Translations under genes and position numbers: made by a program
The notes under the pieces: generated by a model
Told to the model about the DNA's origin: nothing
Databases searched by the model: none
What the model saw: only the letters and a program-made list of their open reading frames with translations
Assembly: GCA_963838405.1 (NCBI GenBank)
Contig: CAWIRA010000005.1
Location: 83,071 to 147,070 of the forward strand
Direction of reading: 5' to 3'
DNA: 64,000 bases
DNA from: an uncultured Solirubrobacteraceae bacterium
Lineage (GTDB): Bacteria; Actinomycetota; Thermoleophilia; Solirubrobacterales; Solirubrobacteraceae
Part shown: positions 26,469 through 36,063 of the stretch, one piece after another
Numbering within the stretch: the stretch's first letter is position 1
Layout of the letters: the number at the start of each line of letters is the position of its first letter

Positions 26469-27820
26469 CGCTTCTGCCCGAAGTCCGTAGCCAGCTCTAC
26501 GACGCCGCGGGGCGCCGGGCGCGCAGCCCCGGCCGCGGCCTGCTCGGGTGGCTGTCCCGCGCGAACCTGAACGGCCACTGGCCGCGGACGCCGCTGATCG
26601 CGTTCGGTGTCGGGCTCGTGCTCGTCGGCGGTGCGTTCGGCGCCGGGCTGATCGAGCTCGGTGCGCCTGCGAAGCTGCCGTTCTCGCTGTACGGCAACGC
26701 TCAAGAAGGCTCCGGTGGGCTCGTCCCTGGCACGGTGCGGATGCTGCCGATCGCCGCACCCGACCCCGCCGGGGGTCCCAACTGGGGCATGCGCGTGCTC
26801 AGCACCACACGCGGCGAAGGCTGCCTGCAGCTCGGGCGCATCGTCGACGGCAAACTCGGCGCCCTCGGCCAGGACGGCGCCTTCGCCAACGACGGGCGCT
26901 TTCACGAACTGCCCGTCAGCGCCGCCTTCGGTGTCAACACCTGTGCGCTGCTCGACGGCAAGGGTCGCCTGTTCACGAACATCACCGCCGACGAGCGTGC
27001 CGCGAGCGCCTGGATCGGCGTCGGCGGGCGTCTCGGGGGCTGCGTGCCACCGAGCGCCGGGCCCTACGAAAAGGGCCTGCGTCTGACCCGCCAAGAACGC
27101 GAACACGGAGCCAAGCCCGCGGCGATCTGCGCGCAGGCCGACCTGCGCAACATCTACTACGGGCTGCTCGGCCCGCAGGCACAGAGCATCACCTACGTGC
27201 TCGACGGCCAGCGCCACACTCTGCCCACCGTTGGCGCCGACGGCGCCTACATGTTCGTGACGCTCGCGTCGGCCCATCAGCTGCTGAACTTCGCCAACGC
27301 CGGCACTGCCGACATCGTCCCCGTCGACGGGCCGATCAAGGAAATCCACTACCGCGACGGCTCCACCTGCCATCTCACCAGCAAGAGCTGGATCGGCGGC
27401 GTCGACGCCTGCACACCGGCGCTGTCCGAGCCTGTCGGCTACGTCCCCGTCGGCAAAGCGCCGAGCGCCGCCGCGCTCGCCACCCCGATCCACGCACGCG
27501 TGAGCCGCGGGCATCACGGCCGCTACGTGATCACGATCAGCTTCATCGCGCGCGCGCCGGTCACCGACGCCGGTCGCGCCTACAGCATCAAGTGGCGCGA
27601 ACCAGGCATGGCCCCGGGCGCCTACGGCGCCATTAGCACCAACGCCAACATCGCCGCGGGGCAGACCATCACGCGCACGGTCGGCGAATACGGCCCTCGC
27701 GTCCGCGCCGGCGTCGTGCGCGGCGGCGTGACGCTGCGTCAAGCGGGCGGCCCGGGCGGCATCGAAGGCCCCGGCAGCGTCGCCGTGCCGGTGGGCAGCT
27801 TTGCCGTCAGCGTGCCCTGA
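26465..27820 (+). CDS. Membrane-anchored extracytoplasmic protein, probable anti-sigma factor
   Basis: ATGA overlap with sigma; short N-terminus, one TM, ~390-aa external region with six Cys. Confidence 0.65.
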   Translation: MTLLPEVRSQLYDAAGRRARSPGRGLLGWLSRANLNGHWPRTPLIAFGVGLVLVGGAFGAGLIELGAPAKLPFSLYGNAQEGSGGLVPGTVRMLPIAAPDPAGGPNWGMRVLSTTRGEGCLQLGRIVDGKLGALGQDGAFANDGRFHELPVSAAFGVNTCALLDGKGRLFTNITADERAASAWIGVGGRLGGCVPPSAGPYEKGLRLTRQEREHGAKPAAICAQADLRNIYYGLLGPQAQSITYVLDGQRHTLPTVGADGAYMFVTLASAHQLLNFANAGTADIVPVDGPIKEIHYRDGSTCHLTSKSWIGGVDACTPALSEPVGYVPVGKAPSAAALATPIHARVSRGHHGRYVITISFIARAPVTDAGRAYSIKWREPGMAPGAYGAISTNANIAAGQTITRTVGEYGPRVRAGVVRGGVTLRQAGGPGGIEGPGSVAVPVGSFAVSVP

Positions 27821-27846
27821 GCCCTCAACAGCGTCCCCTGAGGCCC

Positions 27847-28491
27847 TCAGCCCCAGCTCGCGCCCTCGAGCTCCAGCAGGAAGCGCTTGCGGTCCAGGCC
27901 ACCGCCGTAGCCGCCGAGGTTGCCGCCGCTGCGCAGCACGCGGTGACAGGGCACGACGATCGGGATCGGGTTGGAACCGAGCGCGTTGCCCGCCGCGCGC
28001 GACCCGCGCGGGCTGCCGGCCTCGGCGGCGACCTCCCCATAGGAGAGCACGCCCCCGTAGGGGATCTCATACGTCGCGCCGAGCACCTTGCGCCCGAACG
28101 CGCTCATCAGCGACCAGTCCTGGGGGAGCGCGAAGGCACGGAGGCTGCCGTCGAAGTATTGGTCGAGCTCGCGGCGCACGCCGTCGAACGCCGCCGGCGA
28201 CTGGATGATCCGTGGCGAGATCCGCCGCGCGAGACCGTCGAGCACCGCGTCGACGTCCTCCTCCGGGAAGGCGATCCGCACGAGGCCCTTGCTAGTCGCC
28301 GCCGCCAGCAGCGTCCCGAACGGCGAGTCGACCGGTGCGTAGGTGATGTCGGCGAGGCCTTGGCTCGCGATCCGCGAGCTCACGCGCTCGACGGCGCCGG
28401 CGGCCGACTCGCGCTCACCCGGTCGCGTGCGTCCGCCGCGACGCAGCGCCCGCTCGAGCTTGTCAACGCCTCTGTCTTTCGTGACCGTCAT
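27847..28491 (-). CDS. ogt: Methylated-DNA--protein-cysteine methyltransferase with N-terminal extension
   Basis: VDSPFG, IPYGGVLSYG, RAAGNALGSNP, VPCHRV; ATGA overlap with upstream sigma. Confidence 0.92.
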   Translation of the reverse strand: MTVTKDRGVDKLERALRRGGRTRPGERESAAGAVERVSSRIASQGLADITYAPVDSPFGTLLAAATSKGLVRIAFPEEDVDAVLDGLARRISPRIIQSPAAFDGVRRELDQYFDGSLRAFALPQDWSLMSAFGRKVLGATYEIPYGGVLSYGEVAAEAGSPRGSRAAGNALGSNPIPIVVPCHRVLRSGGNLGGYGGGLDRKRFLLELEGASWG

Positions 28492-29018
28492 GCGCTTACC
28501 ACCTTTCTCAGCTTCGTTAGTCCCTCGTAGAGCGAACGGCGCGCCGCCTCCTCCGAGCAGCCGATCGCGGCCGCGATCTCGCGGTGGGGTAGATCGGCCA
28601 TGTACCTGAGCGCCACCGCTGAGCGCTGGCGCTCGGGGAGCTCGCGCACGGCGCTCCACAACGTCTCCTCAAGCGCTTGCGCGGGGGCGCTGCTGCGACC
28701 GTCCACGGCCGCGACATCCGCCACCGGCAGCGCCCGCCGCGCCCGCGTGCGGTGCGTGTCGATCGCCTTGTTGTGCGCGATCGTCATCACCCACGCGCGC
28801 AGGTTCGATCCTGCTCGCAGCCGCGGATATCCGTCCAGGGCCGCGATGAACGTCTCCTGAAAGCAGTCGTCCGCGTCTGTCGGGCCGACGGAGGACGCCA
28901 GGAAGCGCCACACGCACTCGCTGTAGGTCTCGAGGAAGCGCTGGAAGGGGGGTAGGCCGCCGGCCGTGCTCCTGGTGCGCGGGCCGCTGCGGATCGGACG
29001 GGAAACACCGTAGTTCAC
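28488..29018 (-). CDS. ECF RNA polymerase sigma factor
   Basis: PPFQRFL, ADDCFQETF, AWVMTIAHNK, LPERQRSAV...EIAAAIGCS; start GTG 29018 or ATG 29024. Confidence 0.9.
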   Translation of the reverse strand: MNYGVSRPIRSGPRTRSTAGGLPPFQRFLETYSECVWRFLASSVGPTDADDCFQETFIAALDGYPRLRAGSNLRAWVMTIAHNKAIDTHRTRARRALPVADVAAVDGRSSAPAQALEETLWSAVRELPERQRSAVALRYMADLPHREIAAAIGCSEEAARRSLYEGLTKLRKVVSA

Positions 29019-29026
29019 GCTCATAG

Positions 29027-29051
29027 AACGTGACACAGCCAGCAAACGTGA
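29027..29051 (-). promoter_or_regulatory. Candidate ECF-type promoter of the sigma-ogt operon
   Basis: TCACG-N16-CGTT, 8 nt before GTG 29018. Confidence 0.5.
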
Positions 29052-29081
29052 GATCTGCTCGGGCCGGCCGCCGCTGCCGGC

Positions 29082-30833
29082 TCAATCCTCGTAGTCGAAG
29101 AAGCCCGCACCGGTGGCGCGCCCGAGCCGGCCGGCGCCAACCAGCCGTCGCAGCTGCGGCGCCGGGCGGTAGCGCTCCTCGCGGTACTCCTCGCACAGCG
29201 CTAGCAGCACGCTTAGCACGTGGTCCAAGCCGATCATGTCCGCCCACTCGAGCGGACCGCGCGGGTGGCTGAGACCGAGCACCATGCCCGTGTCGATGTC
29301 GCGCGCGCTGCCGACGCCTTCACCGAGCGCGAACGCCGACTCGTTGATCACCTGGCTGACGATCCTGCCGAGCACGAGCCCGGGCGCGTCGCCCACCCAC
29401 GCAACGTGCTTGCCGAGCGCTTCGAAGAAGCGCTCCGCTCGCGCGGCCGCTAACGGCGAGGAGGAGTCGTTGCGCGTCAGCTCCACCAGCCGCGAGCGCG
29501 ACAGCGGCGGCAGCGCGTGAAAGCCGACGGCGCTGCCGCCGGGATCGAGCGCGCCGAGCGACCCCGTCGCGCACAGCAGCGCACAAGCTCCCCCGTGGGG
29601 CTGGGGTGCGCTGCGGCGGTCCGGTCGCGCGCCTGGGAGCGCATCGGCGCTCGGGTCTCGAGCGGGCGCCGGGTCGCAGTCGAGCACCAGCCCCGGCAGC
29701 ACACCGCCGGTCGGCGCGTGCGGCGAGCGCACCTCGTACCCGGCCTGGCTCGCCGCCTCGCGTAGTTCGTCCGCCAGCGCGCTCGCGCCCGCGATCACGA
29801 CAACGCCCTCGCCGCCGGCCGCGGCGCGCTCGTGCGCCGGCGTGGCGTTCTCGGGCGGCGCGGGGTCCTCGGGTCGGTGCCTGGGTGGGTGGGGACCTGA
29901 TCCATAGTCGTAGTAGCCGCGCCCGCTCTTGCGACCGTAGAGCCCCGCGGCCACGTAGCGCGCGGCGATCATCGACGGACGCCAGCGAGGCTCGCCGAAG
30001 CTCTGCGCGTAGAAGCTCTTCGAGATCTCGAAGCCCGTGTCGACGCCGACGAGGTCCATCAGCTCGAACGGCCCCATGCGAAAGCCGCCCTCCATGCGGC
30101 AGACGCGGTCGATCGTCTCGACGTCGGCGAGCTGCTCCTGCAGCAGGCGCAGAGCCTCGAGGCCGAACGGGCGGTTGCAGCGGTTGACGATGAAGCCCGG
30201 CCCATCCTTCGCGACGATCACCGTCTTGCCCATCGCCTCGCCCGTAGCGTGTGCAAGCGCCAGCGCCCGCGGCGAGGACTCGACGCCCGCGACCACCTCG
30301 AGCAGACGCATCAGCGGCGCCGGGTTGAAGAAGTGCATGCCGACGACGCGCTCCGGATGGCTGGCGCCGGTCGCGATCGCCGTCACCAGCAGCGACGAGG
30401 TGTTCGTCGCGAGCACGCACTCCTCGCTGACGATCTCCGACAGCCTCGCGTACATCTCGTGCTTGAGCTCCAAGCGCTCGGGGGCGGCCTCGATCACCAG
30501 CTCGCAGTCCGCGAACGCGGCCATGTCCTCGATCGGCTCCAGGCGCTCGGAGGCCGCGGCCGCGTCCTCCTCCTTGAGCTTGCCCTTCACCATTTCTTTG
30601 CGCAGTCCGTCCTCGGCGCTCGCGATGCCGCGCGCGAGCGCCTCCGGGAAGGGGTCGTGCAGCAGCGTGCGCGCCCCGGAGCGAGCCGCGAGCTGGGCGA
30701 TGCCGGCACCCATCGTGCCGGCTCCCAGCACGCCAATCACAGACGCCGGCCGGCCCGCCCCGCCGGCGGAGCCGGCCTTCTCATCCTGCTGTGTCTGCGC
30801 CTGGTTGCCCATGCGATCGTTCGCTGCCGGCAC
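29082..30833 (-). CDS. 3-hydroxyacyl-CoA dehydrogenase (PaaH-like, duplicated C-terminal domain)
   Basis: GAGTMGAG, VIEAAPERLELK, TNTSS, GMHFFNP, PGFIVNR, two GP(F/L)E..D.(V/I)G repeats; start may be ATG 30812. Confidence 0.92.
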   Translation of the reverse strand: MPAANDRMGNQAQTQQDEKAGSAGGAGRPASVIGVLGAGTMGAGIAQLAARSGARTLLHDPFPEALARGIASAEDGLRKEMVKGKLKEEDAAAASERLEPIEDMAAFADCELVIEAAPERLELKHEMYARLSEIVSEECVLATNTSSLLVTAIATGASHPERVVGMHFFNPAPLMRLLEVVAGVESSPRALALAHATGEAMGKTVIVAKDGPGFIVNRCNRPFGLEALRLLQEQLADVETIDRVCRMEGGFRMGPFELMDLVGVDTGFEISKSFYAQSFGEPRWRPSMIAARYVAAGLYGRKSGRGYYDYGSGPHPPRHRPEDPAPPENATPAHERAAAGGEGVVVIAGASALADELREAASQAGYEVRSPHAPTGGVLPGLVLDCDPAPARDPSADALPGARPDRRSAPQPHGGACALLCATGSLGALDPGGSAVGFHALPPLSRSRLVELTRNDSSSPLAAARAERFFEALGKHVAWVGDAPGLVLGRIVSQVINESAFALGEGVGSARDIDTGMVLGLSHPRGPLEWADMIGLDHVLSVLLALCEEYREERYRPAPQLRRLVGAGRLGRATGAGFFDYED

Positions 30834-30836
30834 GCC

Positions 30837-31997
30837 TCAGACGGGCACCAGCGCGTTGACGCCGGTCATCGCGCGCCCGATCAGCATCTGCTGGATCTGG
30901 GAGGTGCCCTCGTAGATCGTGGTCACGCGCGCGTCGCGGAAGTAGCGCTCGACCGGATGGTCATCGACGTAGCCCGCGCCGCCGTGCACCTGGATCGCGA
31001 GGTTCGCGCATTCGAGCGACGCCTCGGTCGCGTGGAGCTTGGCGATCGAGGTCTCGAGACTGTTGGGGCGGCCCTGGTCCTTGAGGAAGCCCGCGCGCCA
31101 GGCCAGCATCCGCGAGGCGTCCGTTTTCAGCACCATTTCCGCGATCATCGCCTGCACCAGCTGGAAGCTCGCGATCGGTTTGCCGAACTGCTCGCGCTCC
31201 TTCGCGTATTTCACCGACTCCTCCACGCAGCCCTGGCAGATGCCCACCGCGCCGCACGCCACCGAATAGCGTCCCGACTCGAGGTTCGACAGCGCGACTT
31301 TGAAGCCGTCGCCGACGTTGCCGAGCATCTGCTCGTCGGAGACCTCCACGTCTTCGAGCGAGATCGAGGCCGTGTCGGAGGCGTGCAGGCCCATCTTGTG
31401 CTCGATCGTCTGCGTCGTGAAGCCCGGCTGCTCGGTATCCACGAGGAAGCACGCGATGCCCTTGTAGCCGAGCTCCGGGTCGGTCTGCGCGAAGATCAGC
31501 GCGACCTTCGCGTAGCTCGCCATCGAGATCCACATCTTCGCGCCGTTGATCACCCAGCCCGAGTCCGTCCTGCGGGCGCGCGTCTTTTGGTTGGCCGCGT
31601 CCGAGCCCGTGTCCGGCTCCGTCAGCCCGAAGCACCCGAGCCAGTCGCCCGAGCACAGCTTCGGCAGGTACTTGTGCTTCTGCTCCTCGGTGCCGAACTT
31701 CAGGATCCCCGAGCACACCAGCGACGTCTGGACGGATATGACGGTGCGGATGGAGGAGTCCGCGCGGCCGATCTCCTCGACGACCAGGCCATAACTGAGG
31801 TAGTCGAGCCCCGCGCCGCCGTACTCCGGCGGCACGATCGCCCCGAGGTAGCCCTGGTCGGCGATCTTCTTCACCATGTCGAGGTCGAAGTGGTGGTTGC
31901 GCGCGTTTTCACGCGACTGCACCACGATCTCTTTGTCGGCGAATTCACGCGCAGTGTCCTTGATCAGGCGCTGCTCGTTGGTCAGGTCGAAGTCCAT
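30837..31997 (-). CDS. Acyl-CoA dehydrogenase
   Basis: FGLTEPDTGSD, INGAKMWIS, REQFGKPI, GGAGY, IYEGTSQIQ. Confidence 0.95.
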   Translation of the reverse strand: MDFDLTNEQRLIKDTAREFADKEIVVQSRENARNHHFDLDMVKKIADQGYLGAIVPPEYGGAGLDYLSYGLVVEEIGRADSSIRTVISVQTSLVCSGILKFGTEEQKHKYLPKLCSGDWLGCFGLTEPDTGSDAANQKTRARRTDSGWVINGAKMWISMASYAKVALIFAQTDPELGYKGIACFLVDTEQPGFTTQTIEHKMGLHASDTASISLEDVEVSDEQMLGNVGDGFKVALSNLESGRYSVACGAVGICQGCVEESVKYAKEREQFGKPIASFQLVQAMIAEMVLKTDASRMLAWRAGFLKDQGRPNSLETSIAKLHATEASLECANLAIQVHGGAGYVDDHPVERYFRDARVTTIYEGTSQIQQMLIGRAMTGVNALVPV

Positions 31998-32091
31998 CCC
32001 TCTCCTATCGGTCAGTGCTGGTGCTGGTGCGTGTCGGGCGGTCAGGTCGGGCGGGTGTGGATGTGATTTTGCGAACGCTGTATAACCATCG

Positions 32092-33513
32092 CTATACGCG
32101 CTGCAGCTTGGGCGTGGTCCATGGCGCGTGCACGCGCCGCTCGATCTCCTCTGCGATGCCCTCGATCGGCAATCGCTCCTGCGCGAGCGAGTCGCGATCG
32201 CGCAACGTCAGCGTGCCGTCTTCGACACTCTGGTGGTCAATAGTAAGACAGAACGGGGTCCCGATCTCATCCTGGCGGCGGTAGCGCCGGCCGATCGCTC
32301 CACCGCCGTCGTACTCGGACTGGACGCGCGCGCGCAGCGCCCGATGCACCTCGTGCGCGAGCTCCGGCTGGCCGTCCTTGCCCACCAGCGGCAGCACCGC
32401 CGCCTTCACCGGTGCCAGCCGCGGGTGCAGTCGCAGCACCGTGCGCATCTCGCCCTCGCCCGTGCCCTCGCGCTCGACCAGTTCCTCGTCGTAGGCATCC
32501 ACCAGGAACGCAAGCGTCGCACGGTCGGCGCCGGCGGCAGGCTCGATCACATACGGCACATAGCGTTCACCCGTGGCCTGGTCGAAGTACTCGAGCTTCT
32601 CGCCCGAAGCGTTCGCGTGTTGGGTGAGGTCGAAGTCGCCGCGGTTGGCGATCCCCTCGAGCTCCGACCAGCGGGCTCCGCCACCAGGGGTGGTGGACGG
32701 GAACAGGTATTCGACGTCGCTCGTTCCCGAGGAGTAGTGCGACAGCTCGTCCTGGTCGTGCGCGCGCAGACGCAGGTGGTCCGGACGCAGGCCCAGCTCG
32801 ACATACCAACGCTCGCGCTCTGAGAGCCAGTGCTCGAACCACTTCTGCGCGTCGGCCGGCGGCACGAAGAACTCCATCTCCATCTGCTCGAACTCGCGCG
32901 TGCGGAAGATGAAGTTGCCGGGGGTGATCTCGTTGCGGAAGGACTTTCCCACCTGCGCGATCCCGAACGGCGGTTTCTTGCGCGAGAACTGCAGCACGTT
33001 CTTGAAGTTGATGAAGATCCCCTGCGCCGTCTCCGGTCGCAGGTACGCGGTCGCGCCGGACTCCTTCACGGGGCCGATCGTCGTTTCGAACATCAGGTTG
33101 AAGTCGCGCGCCTGCGTCAGGTCGCACTCGTCGGTTTCGCCGGGGTGCTTGGACGGTTTGCGACCGCACGCGAGCTCCTGCAGGTGATCGGCGCGGAAGC
33201 GCTGGCCGCACGTCTTGCAGTCCACGAGCGGATCTGTGAAGCCCGCGAGGTGGCCCGAGGCCTCCCACACCTTCGGGTGCTGGAGGATCGCCGAGTCGAT
33301 CGCGACGATGTCATCGCGTTCCTGGAGCATCGCGCGCCACCACTCGTTCTTGACGTTCGTCTTCAGCAGCACGCCGTAGTGGCCGAAGTCATACGTGGAG
33401 CCGACGCCGCCGTAGATCTCGGAGGAGGGGAACACGAAGCCGCGGCGCTTGGAAAGCGCCACGATCTTCTCCATCGTCACGACGTCTGGTTCGGTTGGCG
33501 ATCGCTCGGTCAT
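32092..33513 (-). CDS. glyQS: Glycine--tRNA ligase (alpha2 type)
   Basis: KRRGFVFPSSEIYGG, LRPETAQGIF, SFRNEITPGNFIFRTREFEQME, IGRRYRRQDEIGTP; ATG 33513. Confidence 0.97.
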   Translation of the reverse strand: MTERSPTEPDVVTMEKIVALSKRRGFVFPSSEIYGGVGSTYDFGHYGVLLKTNVKNEWWRAMLQERDDIVAIDSAILQHPKVWEASGHLAGFTDPLVDCKTCGQRFRADHLQELACGRKPSKHPGETDECDLTQARDFNLMFETTIGPVKESGATAYLRPETAQGIFINFKNVLQFSRKKPPFGIAQVGKSFRNEITPGNFIFRTREFEQMEMEFFVPPADAQKWFEHWLSERERWYVELGLRPDHLRLRAHDQDELSHYSSGTSDVEYLFPSTTPGGGARWSELEGIANRGDFDLTQHANASGEKLEYFDQATGERYVPYVIEPAAGADRATLAFLVDAYDEELVEREGTGEGEMRTVLRLHPRLAPVKAAVLPLVGKDGQPELAHEVHRALRARVQSEYDGGGAIGRRYRRQDEIGTPFCLTIDHQSVEDGTLTLRDRDSLAQERLPIEGIAEEIERRVHAPWTTPKLQRV

Positions 33514-33595
33514 GGGGGGCAGGTGATGGTAGTCGAGCATCACCCGCTCCGCGCCTCGGGCGACGCGCGCGTCGCGCCACGTAAGATGGCGCGCC

Positions 33596-34093
33596 GTGGC
33601 GCGGATACTGCTCGTGGCGGGGGGCTGCAGGGGCCGGCGCCTGGCTGAGGTGATGGTGGACGAAGGCCACGCAGTGCGCATCACGACGCGCAGCGACGCC
33701 GCACGCGCGGCGATTGAGGCCGCCGGCGCGGAGTGCTGGGTCGGCACCCCGGACCGGCTTGCGACGCTGCGTGGGGCGCTCGACAGCGTCACGATCGTCT
33801 GCTGGCTGCTCGGCACGGCCGTCGGCGGCGAGCAGGAGCTACAAGCGCTGCACAGCTCGCGGCTCGAGTTCTTCCTGACACAGATGATCGACACGACGGT
33901 GCGCGGCCTCGTCTACGAGGCCCGCGGCAGCGCGCCCGCGAACGCGCTGCTGGCCGAGGGCGAGGCGCTCACCCGCGCGCTGACCCAGCGCAACGAGATT
34001 CCGGCGGCATTCCTCACCGTCGACCCGCAAGAACAGGACGCGTGGCTGGCGGCGGCGCGCGCGGCGGTGAGCTCGCTGCTCGTCGGTGCATGA
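33596..34093 (+). CDS. Short Rossmann-like hypothetical protein
   Basis: ILLVAGGCRG N-terminus; -10 TAAGAT 8 nt before GTG. Confidence 0.65.
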   Translation: MARILLVAGGCRGRRLAEVMVDEGHAVRITTRSDAARAAIEAAGAECWVGTPDRLATLRGALDSVTIVCWLLGTAVGGEQELQALHSSRLEFFLTQMIDTTVRGLVYEARGSAPANALLAEGEALTRALTQRNEIPAAFLTVDPQEQDAWLAAARAAVSSLLVGA

Positions 34094-34144
34094 TCGTCCA
34101 CCCGGGTCAAGCTCGCGGAGTTTGTGACCGATGTTGCGTGCAAG

Positions 34145-34648
34145 ATGGCCGGAGAGCGCTCCCGATATGGCCTGTCGATGTCCGCAGTCGGCGCGAGCGT
34201 GCTCGTGGCGAGCGTATTCCTACCGTGGTATCGCGTCAGCTCGATCGCGAGCGCTGGTGTTGCCCAGTCCGGCGCGCTGACGCACATCACAGAGCACCAG
34301 GCGCTGCCCTACATGAAGGGCTTCCTGCTGGTGGTCGCCGGCCTCGCGATGCTCGACGCGCTGGTGCCGTTGGTGCGCGCAGCCGCACCCGTTCCAGGCG
34401 GCGCCGGCGGCTCGGTGGCGCTGCTTGGCATCGCGGCGGCCGCCTGCGCGCTGTACCGCCTCCTCGATCCCCCCGCACTGGGCGCCGGTGCGGTCTCGCT
34501 GACGCCGCTCGAGGGGCCGTGGCTGACGCTGCTGGCCGCGCTGACAATGATGCTGGGCGGCATGTGGCCGCGGAGCATCATCGGCGCGCCCGCGGCAGCC
34601 GAGATACGCGTGCACCGCATCTGGCCCGGCGTCCCGGGCGGGAGCTGA
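34145..34648 (+). CDS. Membrane hypothetical protein (paralog 1)
   Basis: VFLPWY, ALYRL, EGPWL.LL; four TM segments; alternative GTG 34124. Confidence 0.65.
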   Translation: MAGERSRYGLSMSAVGASVLVASVFLPWYRVSSIASAGVAQSGALTHITEHQALPYMKGFLLVVAGLAMLDALVPLVRAAAPVPGGAGGSVALLGIAAAACALYRLLDPPALGAGAVSLTPLEGPWLTLLAALTMMLGGMWPRSIIGAPAAAEIRVHRIWPGVPGGS

Positions 34649-34676
34649 CGCTCGTAGCGCGCGAGCGCTCGCAGGC

Positions 34677-35288
34677 ATGCAGACGATGGCGCGCGGTCGC
34701 TCTCCATATGGCTTTCTCGCGTCGGCGCTCGGCGCGATCGTGCTTGGGCTCGGAGTGTTCCTGCCGTGGTACGGCGTCGGCATAACCGCTCAGGGGGTGG
34801 CAGCGCTGGAGAGCCGCGATGACCAGGTCGTCGCGCAGTTCGGAAACGCCGCTCTGCAGCAACAAGTCAACGGCTTGCACGCGGAGCTGAGCTCCGTCGC
34901 CGGCAGCCAGATCGGATCGATCAGCGCGCACCAGGCCTTCACCAGGATCGGTCCGCTGCTGCTGATCCTCGCCGGACTCGGGATCCTGATCGCGCTGAAC
35001 TCACTGGCTCGCGAGCGCCCCTCCGAGCTCGATGCGAGCGGCCGCTGGGTGGCCCTGCTGGGCACCGTCGCGCTCGCCTGTGTGCTCTACCGGATGTTCG
35101 CCCGGCCGGTCGGTGAAGAGCCGTTTTTGACGCTGTCGCTGCGCGAGGGCGCATGGCTGGCGCTGCTCGGCTCGGTGGCGATGATCGCCGGCGGGCTGTG
35201 GCCGCCGCGCGCGGCCGGCGTGGAGGCTGCATCGGAGCAGCTCGACGACGTCTGGTCGAGGCTCTCGGGCTGGACGCCGGAAGCCTGA
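34677..35288 (+). CDS. Membrane hypothetical protein (paralog 2)
   Basis: VFLPWY, VLYRM, EGAWL.LL, GG.WP shared with the previous gene. Confidence 0.7.
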   Translation: MQTMARGRSPYGFLASALGAIVLGLGVFLPWYGVGITAQGVAALESRDDQVVAQFGNAALQQQVNGLHAELSSVAGSQIGSISAHQAFTRIGPLLLILAGLGILIALNSLARERPSELDASGRWVALLGTVALACVLYRMFARPVGEEPFLTLSLREGAWLALLGSVAMIAGGLWPPRAAGVEAASEQLDDVWSRLSGWTPEA

Positions 35289-35403
35289 ACGCGGCGCCTG
35301 CGCGCTATCCTCAGAGGTAATCCCCGTAAAGCCGATCAGGATTTCTCTGGAACGGCGTTCTCTCTCAGCACTCGACGGTCGCCGTCGAGAAAGGAGCAAG
35401 CAC

Positions 35404-36063
35404 ATGGCGCTGCAACTTGGCGACATCGCCCCGGACTTCGAGGCCGACACCACCGAGGGCCGCATCAAATTCCACGACTGGATCGGCGATTCCTGGGCGG
35501 TGTTGTTCTCCCACCCCAAGGACTTCACACCCGTTTGCACGACCGAGCTCGGGTACATGGCCAAAATCAAGCCCGACTTCGACGCGCGCAACACCAAGAT
35601 CATCGGCCTGTCCGTCGACGCGCTCGACAACCACGAGGCGTGGGCCAAGGACATCGAGGAGACCCAGGGCACCGCTCCCAACTACCCGATCATCAGCGAC
35701 AGCGACTTCAACGTGTCAAAGCTCTACGGCATGCTCCCCGCCGACACTGCCGGTGATGTCACAGGGCGTACGCCCGCCGACAACCAGACGGTCCGCAACG
35801 TGTTCGTGATTGGACCCGACAAGAAGGTCAAGCTGATCCTCGTCTACCCGATGACGACTGGACGTAACTTCGACGAGGTGCTGCGCGTGATCGACTCGCT
35901 GCAGCTGACCGCTGGCCACAAGGTTGCCACGCCGGTCAACTGGCAGCCGGGTGAGAAGGTGATCATCGCCGGCTCCGTCTCCAACGACGAGGCGAAAGAC
36001 ACCTACCCGGATGGGTGGGAGGAGCCGCGGCCGTACATCAGGCTGGTGCCGCAGCCGAGCTAA
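35404..36063 (+). CDS. 1-Cys peroxiredoxin (Prx6 family)
   Basis: FSHPKDFTPVCTTE, GRNFDEVLRV, ATPVNW; RBS AAGGAG. Confidence 0.95.
   Translation: MALQLGDIAPDFEADTTEGRIKFHDWIGDSWAVLFSHPKDFTPVCTTELGYMAKIKPDFDARNTKIIGLSVDALDNHEAWAKDIEETQGTAPNYPIISDSDFNVSKLYGMLPADTAGDVTGRTPADNQTVRNVFVIGPDKKVKLILVYPMTTGRNFDEVLRVIDSLQLTAGHKVATPVNWQPGEKVIIAGSVSNDEAKDTYPDGWEEPRPYIRLVPQPS

Noticed and set aside
33514-33600. T-box or riboswitch before glyQS
   Set aside because: The divergent gap is 82 nt with no T-box motif
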